DNA of 64,000 nt. Origin: Deltaproteobacteria bacterium. GTDB lineage: Bacteria; Bdellovibrionota_B; Oligoflexia; Oligoflexales; Bog-1112. The stretch spans positions 4,010-68,009 of the forward strand of contig JACKAG010000006.1 in the NCBI GenBank assembly GCA_020635195.1, written 5' to 3'. The notes under the pieces were generated by a model. That model saw only the letters and a list, made by a program, of their open reading frames with translations. It ran no database searches and had not been told where the DNA came from. The first letter of the stretch is position 1, and each line of letters begins with the position of its first letter. A program made the translations under genes and the position numbers. Shown here one piece after another: positions 17,597 to 30,876 of this stretch.

Positions 17597-20500
17597 ATGA
17601 CTTTACGAATGGAAGACTTAGTTATAGAAATCTTTCTGAAACCCGTATCCGATGAGGTGATCATGAGGCAAAGAACATGTCCGTCTTTTTTTTCATTCCT
17701 TCTGCGATTCATGACGGTCCATCGGAGGACTCAACGACGACAGTCTGGCCGGATTTTTCTGATGACATTATCTCTTGTTTTTATACCCGATGCCTTTGCC
17801 CAAAAAGGCCCAAAGACGCCCTCTGAGCAAAAGCAAAGCACAGAACACGAGCATTGTTGTGAACCGGAAAGACAGAGAGCCGGGCAAAGTCACTCCTTTT
17901 CTGTGGAGCTTTCAGAAGATGATGATGAAGAAGAAAACCATCAGCATCTGTCTTATCTGATGGCAGCAGAAAATGTCGAAGCCCTTCCTGATGATGAGCT
18001 GGAGGCTCTTCTTTCGGAACTTTATGTTTCCACTCAGGGAGACGCCCGGAACATTGATACCGCGATGATGGAACAATATGTCCTTGGCATAAAAGGGCAG
18101 GGACGCCTGATGACATTTGTCGAAGCCTGGAAGGAGCGTGTGTTACAGAGCCATGAAATAGGAGCGATCTTTTGCAAAGTCAGAACCTTATCCGATGGAG
18201 AGATCCGAACTCTGCATATGTGTTTTGGTCAGTATTCCGGTGACGAGATCATTGTCGGTCGTCGTCCGGCCATGCTTCTGGAAAAATCACAGACAGAATC
18301 CTTTTTCAATCCTGCAAACCCTCCTCTGGGAGCTTTTATTAAATGGCTGGATCTGATGGGCTACATGACATGGGTCAGACCACCAGGCCCGGGCAGCCGG
18401 GCCTCTGCTGACAGCAGTAGTCGCTATAATTTTCAGTATTCACTCCCTGCGCTGGCCACATCCATGAGCGCCAACTACTTCAGCAAAGAGGCAAACAGGG
18501 GATTTTTCGGATCAGCCAATATGAATCCGTTCGGGACCGGGGTTTCAGTCGGGACAACCGGAGAAAACAGCAATCATTCTCTCTGGTACTCCGTTATGAG
18601 CGGCTGGCATGGCCTGGGCTATTCCGGGGTGTTCAATCTTGAAGAACAACAGCTAAGATTATCTGCCCTGGGAGTCGGAGCCTGGGCGGCAGGGTGGAAA
18701 AATTATGTGCAGTTCGGTGCCTCGCTCAACGCAATTTTTGCCAGTGGAAATCAGCTGGGCCTTGGTGCCGTCATCACTCTGTCGAAAGACCGGATCACCC
18801 GATATCTTGGTGCGTATCAGGGAGAGTATGATCCGCTGATCAATCGTTTTATTTTTGCCCTCAGGAAAAGAAAAACTTACCTGAAAGAAGAAATAAAAGT
18901 CACTTCGTTATTAAGATCATTTCTTGAAAAACATGATCTCCTCGCTGAGATGGATCAATCCGATCAGGAAATCATAAAAATAGAAAAGGAACTCAAAAAC
19001 ATCCGCCATATGACAGAACAGTATAAAGAAGAATTGTCTTTTTTACATGGAAAACACCTGATTGAAGTGGTTGACACCAGTAGTAAAGGCTTAGCCCTTC
19101 AGGGCGGTGCTTATATCAACAGCCCTGGTATAGGCTTTAAATCTGCATTTTCTAAAAAACGAGAATCTGTATACAGGTTTTATACAGAGCTCAGTCATGC
19201 ACAGGAACTTTTAGAAGACGGAAGCGGTGATAAAATCGCCTTAATCAGGCTTCCTGAAAAGTTAAAAAAAAATAAATTTCCGGACCTTCTTAAGCCCCAT
19301 AAATGGCATGTTGGTGAAGAACTGGTCACAACGGTCGAAAAAAAATTAAGTGGAAGTATTGTGATGGGATGGAGTTACCTTCCCGGAATCAATACCAATG
19401 TTGGTATCAGCGGAACGATCACAGGATCGTTTGAGCTTGGCCTCAGAAAATTAGCAGATAACAAGCTGGAAATGACATTTCGTCCTGTCGCGATTAAAGA
19501 GATGGGAGCCTTTGTTTCTATGCTCGGAGCGGTAGGACCAAGATTATCTGCATCATCAAGTGTCGCTCTTGCGATGCGTCAGACCTTTATCTTTGATCTG
19601 AATAATCACCAGGCAACCGATACTTATATGCTTTTCATCTCCGGAGGGGTTCTGCCTCTTGATTTTTCCGGGACGGCAAATATCATCGGTCCAAGAGAGG
19701 CAGAAAATTTGCTGGACCTGGCGAGAATTTTAAGAGCGACTCTCCTTGATAAAGGAATTTTACTGACATACCTTGAAAAAATTGATATTCCGGCGAAAAA
19801 ATTTTATGCAGGTGTTGGCAAAATTCCGTGCCTGGGAGAAAAAAAATGGAAGGGTTTATCTTACGAATATCTCAATGGACACGCTAAGGTCGTCAGTACA
19901 AATGGTGATCTTGCTGTGACACGAAATACCAGCCTTGTGCAGGAATCAGCAGATCAGGGATATAGCGGAACAAGAGCTTATTCTGCATATGCGACGATCA
20001 AACGAACATTTCGTAAGACTGAGCGGGAGCAGGACAGAGTGCATATTTCGTCTGACGATTCTGTTGCCGACCGCTATTTCTGGACATTTAATGGAATTTC
20101 TCTCAGAGCCAGAATCAGCGATGATAAAATTACAGGGACAGAACATAATCAGATGATCGACAAGATCAACCGAATGTTTCATGCTAACATCAGAAGATTT
20201 CCACATGAAAGCCTTGGTCACAAACAGACCCGGGATATTCTGCTGGAACGGGAGCTGACATCTTCAGACCTTGATCTTTTCAGTATGCTACGGCAGAGTG
20301 ATCTGGAAACCGCAGCACATGGTTCAGGAGTTGAAAAGTCGGTTCTGACGGACCTTCTGGCAGAGCTTGAAAATAAGGGACATAATCAGAAAGCCGAGAT
20401 CATCAAAGCGTTTATCGGTGAAAAAGGCTTCTCCGGAGTTTCAGCAGTTCATCTGATGTTGCACGGCAATTGCCGTAATCTCATCATCCGGACAGAGAGC

Positions 20501-21283
20501 GATGCTTATACAGCACCTCTGGAAGAGGGCCGAAGGCTGGAAGCCCTCTACATCACTCCGGATGATTCTGAAAAAGACCGCCTGCTGAACCTCAGTCATG
20601 ATTCGACAGCATCGAAAGTTGCTGAAGTTTATAAAAACGTAAATCTTGCGATTAAACATCTGGATCAGGCTCTGAAAGATCTGGACGAAGATCCTTTTTA
20701 TGAAGAATATGATGATCTTCTTCGTTTTGAAGAAGGAAACTTAAGAGAAAAAAAGTGCCCCTTGCGAAGTACTTTGTTGGCTGCAAAAAAGCGCCTGCAT
20801 GATCTGATCCATCTTGAACATCAGGGTTTTTCAAAGGATACGATACTGAAAATTTATAAAAACATTCCGTCAAAACACAGATCTCTGAATCAGAGAGTCA
20901 CGATTCTGGAAGATCAGTATAAATATCCCATCAGTCTGAATGATCGCCGCAAAGTAATTACCGAACGATGGGAAGCCGTCAGCGATCTGTTCGATGACAT
21001 CACAGAAGAGATTCGTCAGCTTGAAACAGAGGATAGCAGAAGAATTCTGGGTTCTGTCTGGACCGATAAGCGGATCGCTGAAGGCCATAGTCTGAAAAAA
21101 AGGGCGATCAATCTGATCAGCCTGAATCATCTGCTCTCATGTGCGGAAGAGTTCATTGCCAAGATGACAAAAGCTCAGAAGAAAATCTTCCCTGCCCGTC
21201 CTGTCCATTTCACCATAGCAGGGCATGTCCGTCAGATGCTTCTGGGGCAGCCTCAGGAACTTGTCATGGGAGGTGGTGGATAG
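17597..21283 (+). CDS. Very large secreted protein of unknown function
   Basis: 1228-aa uninterrupted ORF. A signal-peptide-like segment (IFLMTLSLVFIPDAFA|Q) follows a dispensable-looking leader, so the true start is probably a downstream Met. There is an acidic stretch SEDDDEEEN and a Gly/aromatic-rich block. I recognise no domain. Confidence 0.7.
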   Translation: MTLRMEDLVIEIFLKPVSDEVIMRQRTCPSFFSFLLRFMTVHRRTQRRQSGRIFLMTLSLVFIPDAFAQKGPKTPSEQKQSTEHEHCCEPERQRAGQSHSFSVELSEDDDEEENHQHLSYLMAAENVEALPDDELEALLSELYVSTQGDARNIDTAMMEQYVLGIKGQGRLMTFVEAWKERVLQSHEIGAIFCKVRTLSDGEIRTLHMCFGQYSGDEIIVGRRPAMLLEKSQTESFFNPANPPLGAFIKWLDLMGYMTWVRPPGPGSRASADSSSRYNFQYSLPALATSMSANYFSKEANRGFFGSANMNPFGTGVSVGTTGENSNHSLWYSVMSGWHGLGYSGVFNLEEQQLRLSALGVGAWAAGWKNYVQFGASLNAIFASGNQLGLGAVITLSKDRITRYLGAYQGEYDPLINRFIFALRKRKTYLKEEIKVTSLLRSFLEKHDLLAEMDQSDQEIIKIEKELKNIRHMTEQYKEELSFLHGKHLIEVVDTSSKGLALQGGAYINSPGIGFKSAFSKKRESVYRFYTELSHAQELLEDGSGDKIALIRLPEKLKKNKFPDLLKPHKWHVGEELVTTVEKKLSGSIVMGWSYLPGINTNVGISGTITGSFELGLRKLADNKLEMTFRPVAIKEMGAFVSMLGAVGPRLSASSSVALAMRQTFIFDLNNHQATDTYMLFISGGVLPLDFSGTANIIGPREAENLLDLARILRATLLDKGILLTYLEKIDIPAKKFYAGVGKIPCLGEKKWKGLSYEYLNGHAKVVSTNGDLAVTRNTSLVQESADQGYSGTRAYSAYATIKRTFRKTEREQDRVHISSDDSVADRYFWTFNGISLRARISDDKITGTEHNQMIDKINRMFHANIRRFPHESLGHKQTRDILLERELTSSDLDLFSMLRQSDLETAAHGSGVEKSVLTDLLAELENKGHNQKAEIIKAFIGEKGFSGVSAVHLMLHGNCRNLIIRTESDAYTAPLEEGRRLEALYITPDDSEKDRLLNLSHDSTASKVAEVYKNVNLAIKHLDQALKDLDEDPFYEEYDDLLRFEEGNLREKKCPLRSTLLAAKKRLHDLIHLEHQGFSKDTILKIYKNIPSKHRSLNQRVTILEDQYKYPISLNDRRKVITERWEAVSDLFDDITEEIRQLETEDSRRILGSVWTDKRIAEGHSLKKRAINLISLNHLLSCAEEFIAKMTKAQKKIFPARPVHFTIAGHVRQMLLGQPQELVMGGGG

Positions 21284-21303
21284 CTCTTGTCAGCAGAGCT
21301 GCT

Positions 21304-23651
<2,348 letters not shown>

Positions 23652-23791
23652 CTATAACACAGATTTGATGATCAGACAGAGGGAACATTTCTGACACAGA
23701 GCCTGTTATTTTTTCAGAGTCTTCTGACAGACCCCGGGTGAGGGTCTGCATTCTGGCCTGTTGATGGGCGGAACTGATAAGGAACGTTATT

Positions 23792-25330
23792 ATGCAGCAA
23801 GAACAAAAAACCGGACAGCAGGCATGGAAAACCTTTCTTCCAGAACTATTTAACTGGGCTGGACAGGTCAAACTTTCGGTTCATCCGGATTGTCCCGAAA
23901 GCCATCACCATCTGCTTATGTTGCGTGAAAAAAAGGACAGCGAGGGCGCTTATGAAATTGATGCACCACTGCTTCCTGATGAGCAGCGCCGTCAGCTGAT
24001 GCAACAGATGACAGAACTGGGCTATCAGAAAATACCAGAGCCGGTGACACTCCGGCTTGGAGATTCTTTTTATACACTGGTTTCTCAGTCCGCCCTGGAC
24101 CTCAGCGATGTCCGCAAAGCCCGGCAGGCCGGGCTGGATGGAGCGAGAATACTCAAAAACCTTGGCGTGAAGAGTCTTTGCCTTCATGCCGGAGAACAGG
24201 TTCCGTCTTCAGGGATACTCGAAGGGCTGGGACTGGGACTCTATCAGCTCACCGGCTTCAGAAACCAGTCGGGAAACAACCGAGTCTCACAGCAGTGGCC
24301 GGAGCGTATTATGCTGGCTGGCAACTGTCATGGAGATCCTGAGGAAATCCGGACCTCCATTCTGGCCTCCTGCCTGAGTCGCCTGCTGGCAGATGCACCT
24401 TCTGACTGGCTGAATCCGGAGCAGTTTGCCAAAATTGCCGAGGATATGTCAGCAGAACAGGGCCTCAGCTGTCGTATCAGGAAGCGTGCAGAGTTACAGG
24501 ATATGGGAATGGGAGCCTTTATCAGTGTCGGAAATGGCTCCGTCTGTGAACCTCATCTGATTGAAATTCAAATCAAAGGGAAAAATCCGGACAAAACCAT
24601 GGTCCTGGTAGGCAAGGGTCTGACCTTTGATGCCGGAGGAGTCAGCCTTAAACCCTCTCTGGGCATGGATGAAATGAAGTACGATATGTGCGGCGGAGCT
24701 GCTGTGCTTGGAGCTGCCTATTACCTTTCCCGTCATCAGCCCCCGGTAAACGTGGTCTGTCTGATTGGCGCTGTTGAAAACCTCATCGGCAGTACATCCA
24801 CAAGGCCGGGAGATATCGTCCGTTCTATGAGCGGCAAAACCATTGAAGTGCTGAATACAGATGCGGAGGGTCGTCTGGTTCTGGCTGATCTGCTTCATTA
24901 TGCCCAGAGCCAGTGGAAACCTGAGGCAGTGGTTGATGTCGCAACTCTGACAGGGGCTGTCCTCTATGCCCTGGGAAGCATCGGCTCTGCCTTCGTCAGT
25001 AACGACCGCCACCTGGCCAGCTACCTGCGTAATACTGCGGAGAGTGCAGGAGAACCACTCTGGGAACTTCCTTTGTGGCCTGAGCTTGCCAGAGAGGTTC
25101 GCTCAGAGCTTGCAGATCTCAAAAATATCGCAGGTTCTGCTGTCAAAGCCGGAACTCTGGTAGGAGGAACGTTTCTGAGGGAATTTGCCGGATCGGTTCC
25201 CTGGGCTCATATCGATATCGCCGGAACTGCCTGGAATTGTAAAGGCACCGGCTATCCTGCTTCTGGCAGCTCTGCGTTTATTCTGAAGACTCTGGCAAAG
25301 CTATGCCTCAATTATGAAAGCGCTTTATAA
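23792..25330 (+). CDS. pepA: Leucyl aminopeptidase (M17)
   Basis: The NTDAEGRLVLAD signature, VGKGLTFDAGG and MKYDMCGGA. Confidence 0.9.
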   Translation: MQQEQKTGQQAWKTFLPELFNWAGQVKLSVHPDCPESHHHLLMLREKKDSEGAYEIDAPLLPDEQRRQLMQQMTELGYQKIPEPVTLRLGDSFYTLVSQSALDLSDVRKARQAGLDGARILKNLGVKSLCLHAGEQVPSSGILEGLGLGLYQLTGFRNQSGNNRVSQQWPERIMLAGNCHGDPEEIRTSILASCLSRLLADAPSDWLNPEQFAKIAEDMSAEQGLSCRIRKRAELQDMGMGAFISVGNGSVCEPHLIEIQIKGKNPDKTMVLVGKGLTFDAGGVSLKPSLGMDEMKYDMCGGAAVLGAAYYLSRHQPPVNVVCLIGAVENLIGSTSTRPGDIVRSMSGKTIEVLNTDAEGRLVLADLLHYAQSQWKPEAVVDVATLTGAVLYALGSIGSAFVSNDRHLASYLRNTAESAGEPLWELPLWPELAREVRSELADLKNIAGSAVKAGTLVGGTFLREFAGSVPWAHIDIAGTAWNCKGTGYPASGSSAFILKTLAKLCLNYESAL

Positions 25331-25384
25331 GTACCCCCTCTTTTTATTATGGTATAATTCCGGAAGAATGATCAGCCAGACAGT

Positions 25385-26206
25385 TTGATTTTATTCCGGA
25401 GTTTTTATATGCGCACTTCATTGTATGCCTGCATGATCCCCCTTTGTTTTTTTCTGTTACAACCCTTGCTTGCTCAGCGTCTGACTGCTGAAGACCGGAT
25501 CGGAGAACGTGCTGTTTACAAGCTGAACCGGGATTCATCGAGGACCTCATGGCTGATCCGATCGGGAACCTTTCGCACAGAGGTTGTTGCTTATAATCGT
25601 GAACATGAAAAAGGGCCAGTCTACCGGCTGAGTTCGGACTATACTATGGACATTCGTTTTGCAGGAAAAAAAGAGGGCAATGAAGAAGTTGATCTCTCAG
25701 AAGAGCTGTTTACAGAAGATTTTATGACACGCCTCCGGGCCAAAAAACAAATCAAAACCAGGCATTTTACCACCCGCTACCTGGGGCAGAAAGAGCTGAT
25801 GCAGAAAGGTCAGCAGCAAAGAGTTCTGGCAGATCAGATAGAAATCACGGATGTTGACCTGAACTCAGGTGGAATGTTTGCTCCGATGCTTGAAGGGGTC
25901 ATGATGTCTTTAAGCGCAGAGCTCTGCGAACGACAAAGCGAAGAACAAACAGAAAGCTGCATGTTGCAGACAGAGCCGCTACTGGAAGGTCCGGAAGACA
26001 TCAGGATCAGAGTTTCTGTGAAGCAGGGTATGGTCCCTGTTCTGGGGGTTCTTCTGGCTGACATCAGTCTGAAGTGGTCAGGGGTTTCCGTCAAAGTCGG
26101 TTTTGATCTTGACCCAGAGCAATCTTCCGCTGAGGTTATGCTGAACAGCAATTTTAGTCAAAATGAGGCAGGACTGATGAGTGAGTCATATCAGCAGATT
26201 AAGTGA
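25385..26206 (+). CDS. Hypothetical exported protein
   Basis: 273-aa ORF with a hydrophobic N-terminus (YACMIPLCFFLLQPLLA|Q). No recognised domain. Confidence 0.5.
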   Translation: MILFRSFYMRTSLYACMIPLCFFLLQPLLAQRLTAEDRIGERAVYKLNRDSSRTSWLIRSGTFRTEVVAYNREHEKGPVYRLSSDYTMDIRFAGKKEGNEEVDLSEELFTEDFMTRLRAKKQIKTRHFTTRYLGQKELMQKGQQQRVLADQIEITDVDLNSGGMFAPMLEGVMMSLSAELCERQSEEQTESCMLQTEPLLEGPEDIRIRVSVKQGMVPVLGVLLADISLKWSGVSVKVGFDLDPEQSSAEVMLNSNFSQNEAGLMSESYQQIK

Positions 26207-26512
26207 GCCCTGTCCGGGCTGTTGAGCCGGAATCATCCTGACAGCGGGAGATCTTCCCAAAGCTGATAAGCCCCACCTCAGTGTTCCCCTGATCTGTCCC
26301 GGTGTGTCGTCATTTTGGGAAATCATGATCGCCGTTAACCGCATTTTTGACCCAAATCAGGTCTGCGACAACTTTCCCCCGACAGTTTCCGGGAGTTGCT
26401 GAGGGAAAAGCCTCTCTGGCTGACATAGCGCAAGAAGTTCGGTATAGTGGTGCCTCTTTTAAAAACACGGAAAACTGACCGGATTCGGCAGTTCCGGGAC
26501 ATCGGGGGGTTT

Positions 26513-26908
26513 ATGACGGGATTTATGAGTACGGCCGCTTTGGCCTCTGCATCAGAAGAAACGGCAACAGCAACAGGGCAGCAACCTTCGCTGTTCGAAA
26601 GCATGATTCCGATGCTTCTGATTTTTGTTGTCATGTACTTTATTATCATCAGACCTCAGGCAAAAAAAGCAAAAGATCACGCTAGCTTGCTAAAAAACAT
26701 CAAGGAAGGTGATGAGGTCGTAACGAGTGGTGGCATTATCGGAAGGGTCCGGAGCGTTTCCGATTCTTTTGTAAGCCTTGACCTTGGCGGTAGCACGATT
26801 AAAGTGATGAAAGAGCATATCAGTCGTTTTTCAAAGCCACAGTCCGCTAAGCAGACTCAGGCTCCTGTTAAGGCATCAAAAAACCTTAAAAAAGCGACTC
26901 AGAGCTGA
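26513..26908 (+). CDS. yajC: Preprotein translocase subunit YajC
   Basis: PMLLIFVVMYFIIIRPQAKKAK...GDEVVTSGGIIGRV is the YajC core. I chose the start at the internal ATG (MTGFMS...) after a G-rich RBS. Confidence 0.85.
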   Translation: MTGFMSTAALASASEETATATGQQPSLFESMIPMLLIFVVMYFIIIRPQAKKAKDHASLLKNIKEGDEVVTSGGIIGRVRSVSDSFVSLDLGGSTIKVMKEHISRFSKPQSAKQTQAPVKASKNLKKATQS

Positions 26909-26944
26909 TTCCGGACCAGGCATACAGAGCTTGTCCTCTCAGAT

Positions 26945-28012
26945 GTGTCCCGGAAGCGAGGGATGGTGAAGAACGCCAGCCAGATGGAGGATAAACGGAT
27001 GTTACTGACGAAAAGATGCATGCTTGTGCTGCTTGGCAGCATGGTTCTGGCATCATTAAAGCTGACGGCCATTGAACAGGGACAGCGAGTCCCTGATGAG
27101 TTTGAAAGCGTAGGTGGGCGCGGCCTCGGTCTGGGGAATAGTGCTGCCGCTGCCATGACAGATGTCGGAGCAGTCCGTAGCAATCCCGCCATGATGGCTC
27201 TGGATAAACAGTATGTTGTATCCGCAGGCTTGCACTGGCCATCTGTGGGACGGGATTTCTGGCAGGCTGGAGCCGTCGACTCCAGAACATCCGGTGTTGC
27301 AGCTGGCCTTCTTTACTCTGCCGGAAGAGAGGCTTACAAGCCGGAGTCAGAGCCTCTTAGCGAGGAGGATCAGATCCGGAAGTATTATGACGCTCCGCTT
27401 AAATACAGGGCAAGTGGAGCGCTGGCCCAGCCTTTAGGTTCGCTTGCCTTTGGGGTGGGGGCCTCATACCTGGAAGGTTTCGTCCCGGAAAACGCAGAAC
27501 GTGCTGATTCGAAGTTAAAACTCACAAAAGGCACTGTCTATGGACTTGGTCTGGCAGGCGTTCTGGCTTCCCAGCTTTATTTTTCTGCTTCCGTCGAAAA
27601 CTTAAGCAATACACAATTACGCGATCTGGCACCCAGGATCTGGCGTGGAGGCCTTTCCTGGGGAGGTTTGCTGTCGGGCTTAAGCCTCAATCTGGACTAT
27701 CGCCAGCGTGAGAGAGTGTATCAGGAAAGAATGCCAGTAACTTTTGGAATGATCAGTCTGGCCCCGGAAGGAGAGGGACTGACAGACGATGAAAAACTTG
27801 TCTCTGCTTCATTTATTATGAGCTTTCAGAATCTGGTTCAGATTCTTGGTTCATACGGAGAAGACTTATCCGGAACGAAGCGACGCACGCTGGCAGGAGG
27901 TGTGGCCTTCAGCAATCAGACCCTTTCTCTCTCATGGCTGGCAGCTCGTCCCTATCTGTCAGATGAGCAGGTTCATCATGCCATTCATCTGTCGATGCAG
28001 GTTACGATCTGA
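26945..28012 (+). CDS. Putative outer-membrane beta-barrel protein
   Basis: Signal peptide MLVLLGSMVLASLKLTA. GRGLGLGNSAAAAMTDVGAVRSNPAMMA resembles the N-terminal motif of FadL/PorV-like barrels. The rest shows alternating beta-strand-like sequence. The start is probably downstream of the track GTG. Confidence 0.5.
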   Translation: MSRKRGMVKNASQMEDKRMLLTKRCMLVLLGSMVLASLKLTAIEQGQRVPDEFESVGGRGLGLGNSAAAAMTDVGAVRSNPAMMALDKQYVVSAGLHWPSVGRDFWQAGAVDSRTSGVAAGLLYSAGREAYKPESEPLSEEDQIRKYYDAPLKYRASGALAQPLGSLAFGVGASYLEGFVPENAERADSKLKLTKGTVYGLGLAGVLASQLYFSASVENLSNTQLRDLAPRIWRGGLSWGGLLSGLSLNLDYRQRERVYQERMPVTFGMISLAPEGEGLTDDEKLVSASFIMSFQNLVQILGSYGEDLSGTKRRTLAGGVAFSNQTLSLSWLAARPYLSDEQVHHAIHLSMQVTI

Positions 28013-28236
28013 CACACGAACAGGACCCAAACAGAAGACGAAGCTCTGCCTGTGGATTTCCTGATTGGTTTCCCTCTCTTCCTGAGGTATCCTCTCCTTA
28101 AGAGTCAGAAAGACAGGCCAGATGTCTGGCTCATACAGATGTCATGATTAACGACAGATAAAAGCAGGAATATGCAGAAAGCTTGCTTTTCTGTTAAGAA
28201 GCTGAGTTTTTGAAGGCTGGTTATGAGGGTTTCCGG

Positions 28237-28902
28237 ATGAACTGGGTTGGCAGACTTCTGACTTCTTCTGTCGGATGCAAAGTATTGATGGCTGTCACAG
28301 GTGCCATCATGCTGTTCTTTTTACTTGGCCATGTGGCAGGGAATCTGCTGGTATTTGCAGGAGCAGATGTTATCAATGCCTATGCCCGTGGCTTGCGTGA
28401 CTATCTCCCCCTGCTGTGGCTTTTAAGGGCTGGTCTGCTGATCTCTTTTGTCCTGCATGTGATCGCAGCGATCAGACTGACTCGTCTGAGCCGGAGAGCC
28501 AGACCTGTTGCATATCAGAAACAGGATCTTTCGGGAGTGAGCCTTAACTCCCGTACTATGGTTCTCAGCGGTCTGGTCTTGCTCGCTTTTATCATTTACC
28601 ATCTCGCTCATCTGACCTTCCGCCTGACTCATCCTGCATTTGCCTCTCTTGATGACTACGATGTCTACAGCATGCTGCAAATCAGTTTTCAGCAGCCTCT
28701 TCTGGCCTTCACTTATATTATCTCTGTTGCTCTGCTGATGATGCATCTGAGCCATGGGATCACGAGTCTTTTTCAGACGCTGGGACTAAATCATACACAA
28801 TATAATGGGCTGATCAGATGTCTGGGACCAGCTCTGGGTCTGCTTTTGGGGCTGGGCTTTAGCTCGGTCCCTCTGGCGATTATGCTGAGGCTGCTCCCGT
28901 AA
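28237..28902 (+). CDS. sdhC: Succinate dehydrogenase/fumarate reductase cytochrome b subunit (b558 type)
   Basis: About 220 aa with five hydrophobic helices and conserved His residues (LLGHVAGN, FVLHVIAA, IIYHLAHL, MMHLSHG). It lies immediately upstream of sdhA/B. Confidence 0.85.
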   Translation: MNWVGRLLTSSVGCKVLMAVTGAIMLFFLLGHVAGNLLVFAGADVINAYARGLRDYLPLLWLLRAGLLISFVLHVIAAIRLTRLSRRARPVAYQKQDLSGVSLNSRTMVLSGLVLLAFIIYHLAHLTFRLTHPAFASLDDYDVYSMLQISFQQPLLAFTYIISVALLMMHLSHGITSLFQTLGLNHTQYNGLIRCLGPALGLLLGLGFSSVPLAIMLRLLP

Positions 28903-28962
28903 TTTTCGTACTGTGATAGCCTGTTTTCCAAAATCAACCTTGTCAGGGTGGGTCAGTGAGCT

Positions 28963-30876
28963 ATGGATCTTGATGCAAAAATACCCTCCGGACCGCTTGC
29001 GGAGAAGTGGAATCGCCATAAGTTTGAGATGAAGCTCGTGTCTCCGGCAAATAAGCGTCGTTACCGAATTATCGTGGTTGGAACAGGGCTGGCAGGAAGC
29101 TCCGCAGCGGCAAGTCTTGCAGAACTGGGATATCAGGTAGAAGCTTTCTGCTATCAGGACAGTCCTCGCAGGGCCCATAGTATTGCAGCGCAGGGTGGGA
29201 TCAACGCATCAAAAAACTATCCGGCAGATGGTGACAGCATTTTCAGGCTGTTTTATGACACAATTAAAGGTGGCGACTTTCGCTCCAGAGAAGCGAACGT
29301 GTATCGCCTGGCAGAAGTTTCCGGATCTATTATTGATCAGGCTGTCGCTCAGGGGGTCCCCTTTGCCCGGGAATATGGTGGTTCTCTGGCAAACCGTTCT
29401 TTTGGAGGGGCCCAGGTTTCCCGGACATTCTATGCAAGAGGACAGACGGGGCAGCAGCTCTTACTGGGAGCTTACTCTGCCTTGTCCCGTCAGATCGGTC
29501 AGGGGTCGGTCCGGATGCATGCCAGAAAAGAAATGCTGGACCTGGTTCTGGTGGATGGCCGGGCAGCCGGAATCATTGTCCGGGACCTGGTGACGGGGCG
29601 TATCAGCCGTCATGCAGCGGATGCTGTCGTTCTGGCAACAGGCGGCTACGGAAACACGTTTTTTCTGTCTACAAATGCAGCAGGCTGTAATGTCACTGCG
29701 GCATTTCGTGCTTATAAAAGGGGAGCTGGCTTTGCGAACCCCTGTTTCACTCAGATTCACCCGACCTGCATACCCGTGAGCGGGGATCATCAGTCGAAGC
29801 TGACACTGATGTCCGAGTCTTTACGTAATGATGGCAGAGTCTGGGTTCCCCGAAAACAGGGAGATCAGAGAGCTCCTCACGAGATTCCGCCTGAAGAGCG
29901 GGACTATTATCTGGAGCGAAAATATCCGGCATTTGGAAACCTGGCACCACGGGATATTGCGTCGAGAAGTGCCAAGGAAGTCTGTGATGCCGGATACGGA
30001 ATCGGCCAGAGCGGCCTCGGGGTTTACCTGGATTTTGCAGATGCCATCCAGCGACTTGGTGAGAAGACCGTTCGTGAACGCTATGGCAATTTGTTTCATA
30101 TGTATCAAAAAATCACAGATGAAAATCCCTATCAAATTCCGATGCGGATTTATCCGGCGGTTCACTACACAATGGGTGGACTCTGGGTGGACTACAACCT
30201 TCAGAGCACCATCCCTGGTCTTCATGTGATAGGTGAAGCCAACTTCTCGGATCATGGAGCCAATCGTCTCGGAGCCAGCGCGCTGATGCAAGGGCTGGCG
30301 GACGGATACTTCGTTCTTCCTGGTACGATCGGCCACTACCTGGCAGGAATTACGCCGGGACAGGTGACTACGGAACATCCGGAATTCGGGGACGTAGAAA
30401 AGCAGGTTCGCGATAAAATCGGCAAATTTTTCTCCTCCAACGGAAGCCGCTCTCCCACATCCTTTCACAAGGAACTTGGTAAAATTATGTGGGATCACTG
30501 TGGAATGGCCCGGACAAAAGCCGGGCTTGAAGAAGCTCTGCGTAAGATACCGGAGTTACGTGATGAGTTCTGGAAGAACCTCAGGGTGACAGGTAACGGA
30601 GAAGAACTGAACCAACAGCTGGAGAAAGCGGGAAGAGTTGCAGACTTTCTTGAGTTTGGCGAGCTGATGTGCCGGGATGCGCTGATCCGGGAAGAGTCCT
30701 GCGGGGGGCATTTCCGCGAAGAGCATCAGACCGAGGATGGAGAAGCCAGGCGCAATGATGCAGCCTTTTCACATGTGGCGGTCTGGGAGCATAAGGGAAA
30801 AGAAAAAGTTCCTCAGCGCCATCAGGAAGAGCTGAAGTTTGAAAATGTCAAAGTTGCCATCAGGAGTTATAAGTGA
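28963..30876 (+). CDS. sdhA: Succinate dehydrogenase/fumarate reductase flavoprotein subunit
   Basis: Motifs [32 protein letters not shown] and [10 protein letters not shown]. 637 aa. Confidence 0.95.
   Translation: MDLDAKIPSGPLAEKWNRHKFEMKLVSPANKRRYRIIVVGTGLAGSSAAASLAELGYQVEAFCYQDSPRRAHSIAAQGGINASKNYPADGDSIFRLFYDTIKGGDFRSREANVYRLAEVSGSIIDQAVAQGVPFAREYGGSLANRSFGGAQVSRTFYARGQTGQQLLLGAYSALSRQIGQGSVRMHARKEMLDLVLVDGRAAGIIVRDLVTGRISRHAADAVVLATGGYGNTFFLSTNAAGCNVTAAFRAYKRGAGFANPCFTQIHPTCIPVSGDHQSKLTLMSESLRNDGRVWVPRKQGDQRAPHEIPPEERDYYLERKYPAFGNLAPRDIASRSAKEVCDAGYGIGQSGLGVYLDFADAIQRLGEKTVRERYGNLFHMYQKITDENPYQIPMRIYPAVHYTMGGLWVDYNLQSTIPGLHVIGEANFSDHGANRLGASALMQGLADGYFVLPGTIGHYLAGITPGQVTTEHPEFGDVEKQVRDKIGKFFSSNGSRSPTSFHKELGKIMWDHCGMARTKAGLEEALRKIPELRDEFWKNLRVTGNGEELNQQLEKAGRVADFLEFGELMCRDALIREESCGGHFREEHQTEDGEARRNDAAFSHVAVWEHKGKEKVPQRHQEELKFENVKVAIRSYK

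Noticed and set aside
26335-26649. 104-aa minus-strand ORF upstream of and overlapping yajC
   Set aside because: It overlaps the conserved yajC start region in antisense and has no motifs. The region is probably the yajC promoter and leader.
28140-28200. Short inverted repeats upstream of sdhC (GCCAGA..TCTGGC and CAGAAA..TTTCTG) as regulatory hairpins
   Set aside because: The stems are only 5-6 bp with tiny or irregular loops, which is not distinguishable from chance.
29821-30498. 225-aa minus-strand ORF, plus several 60-170-aa ORFs inside sdhA, pepA (24494-25012) and eno (22722-23159)
   Set aside because: All are shadow ORFs opposite to, or out of frame with, highly conserved enzymes.
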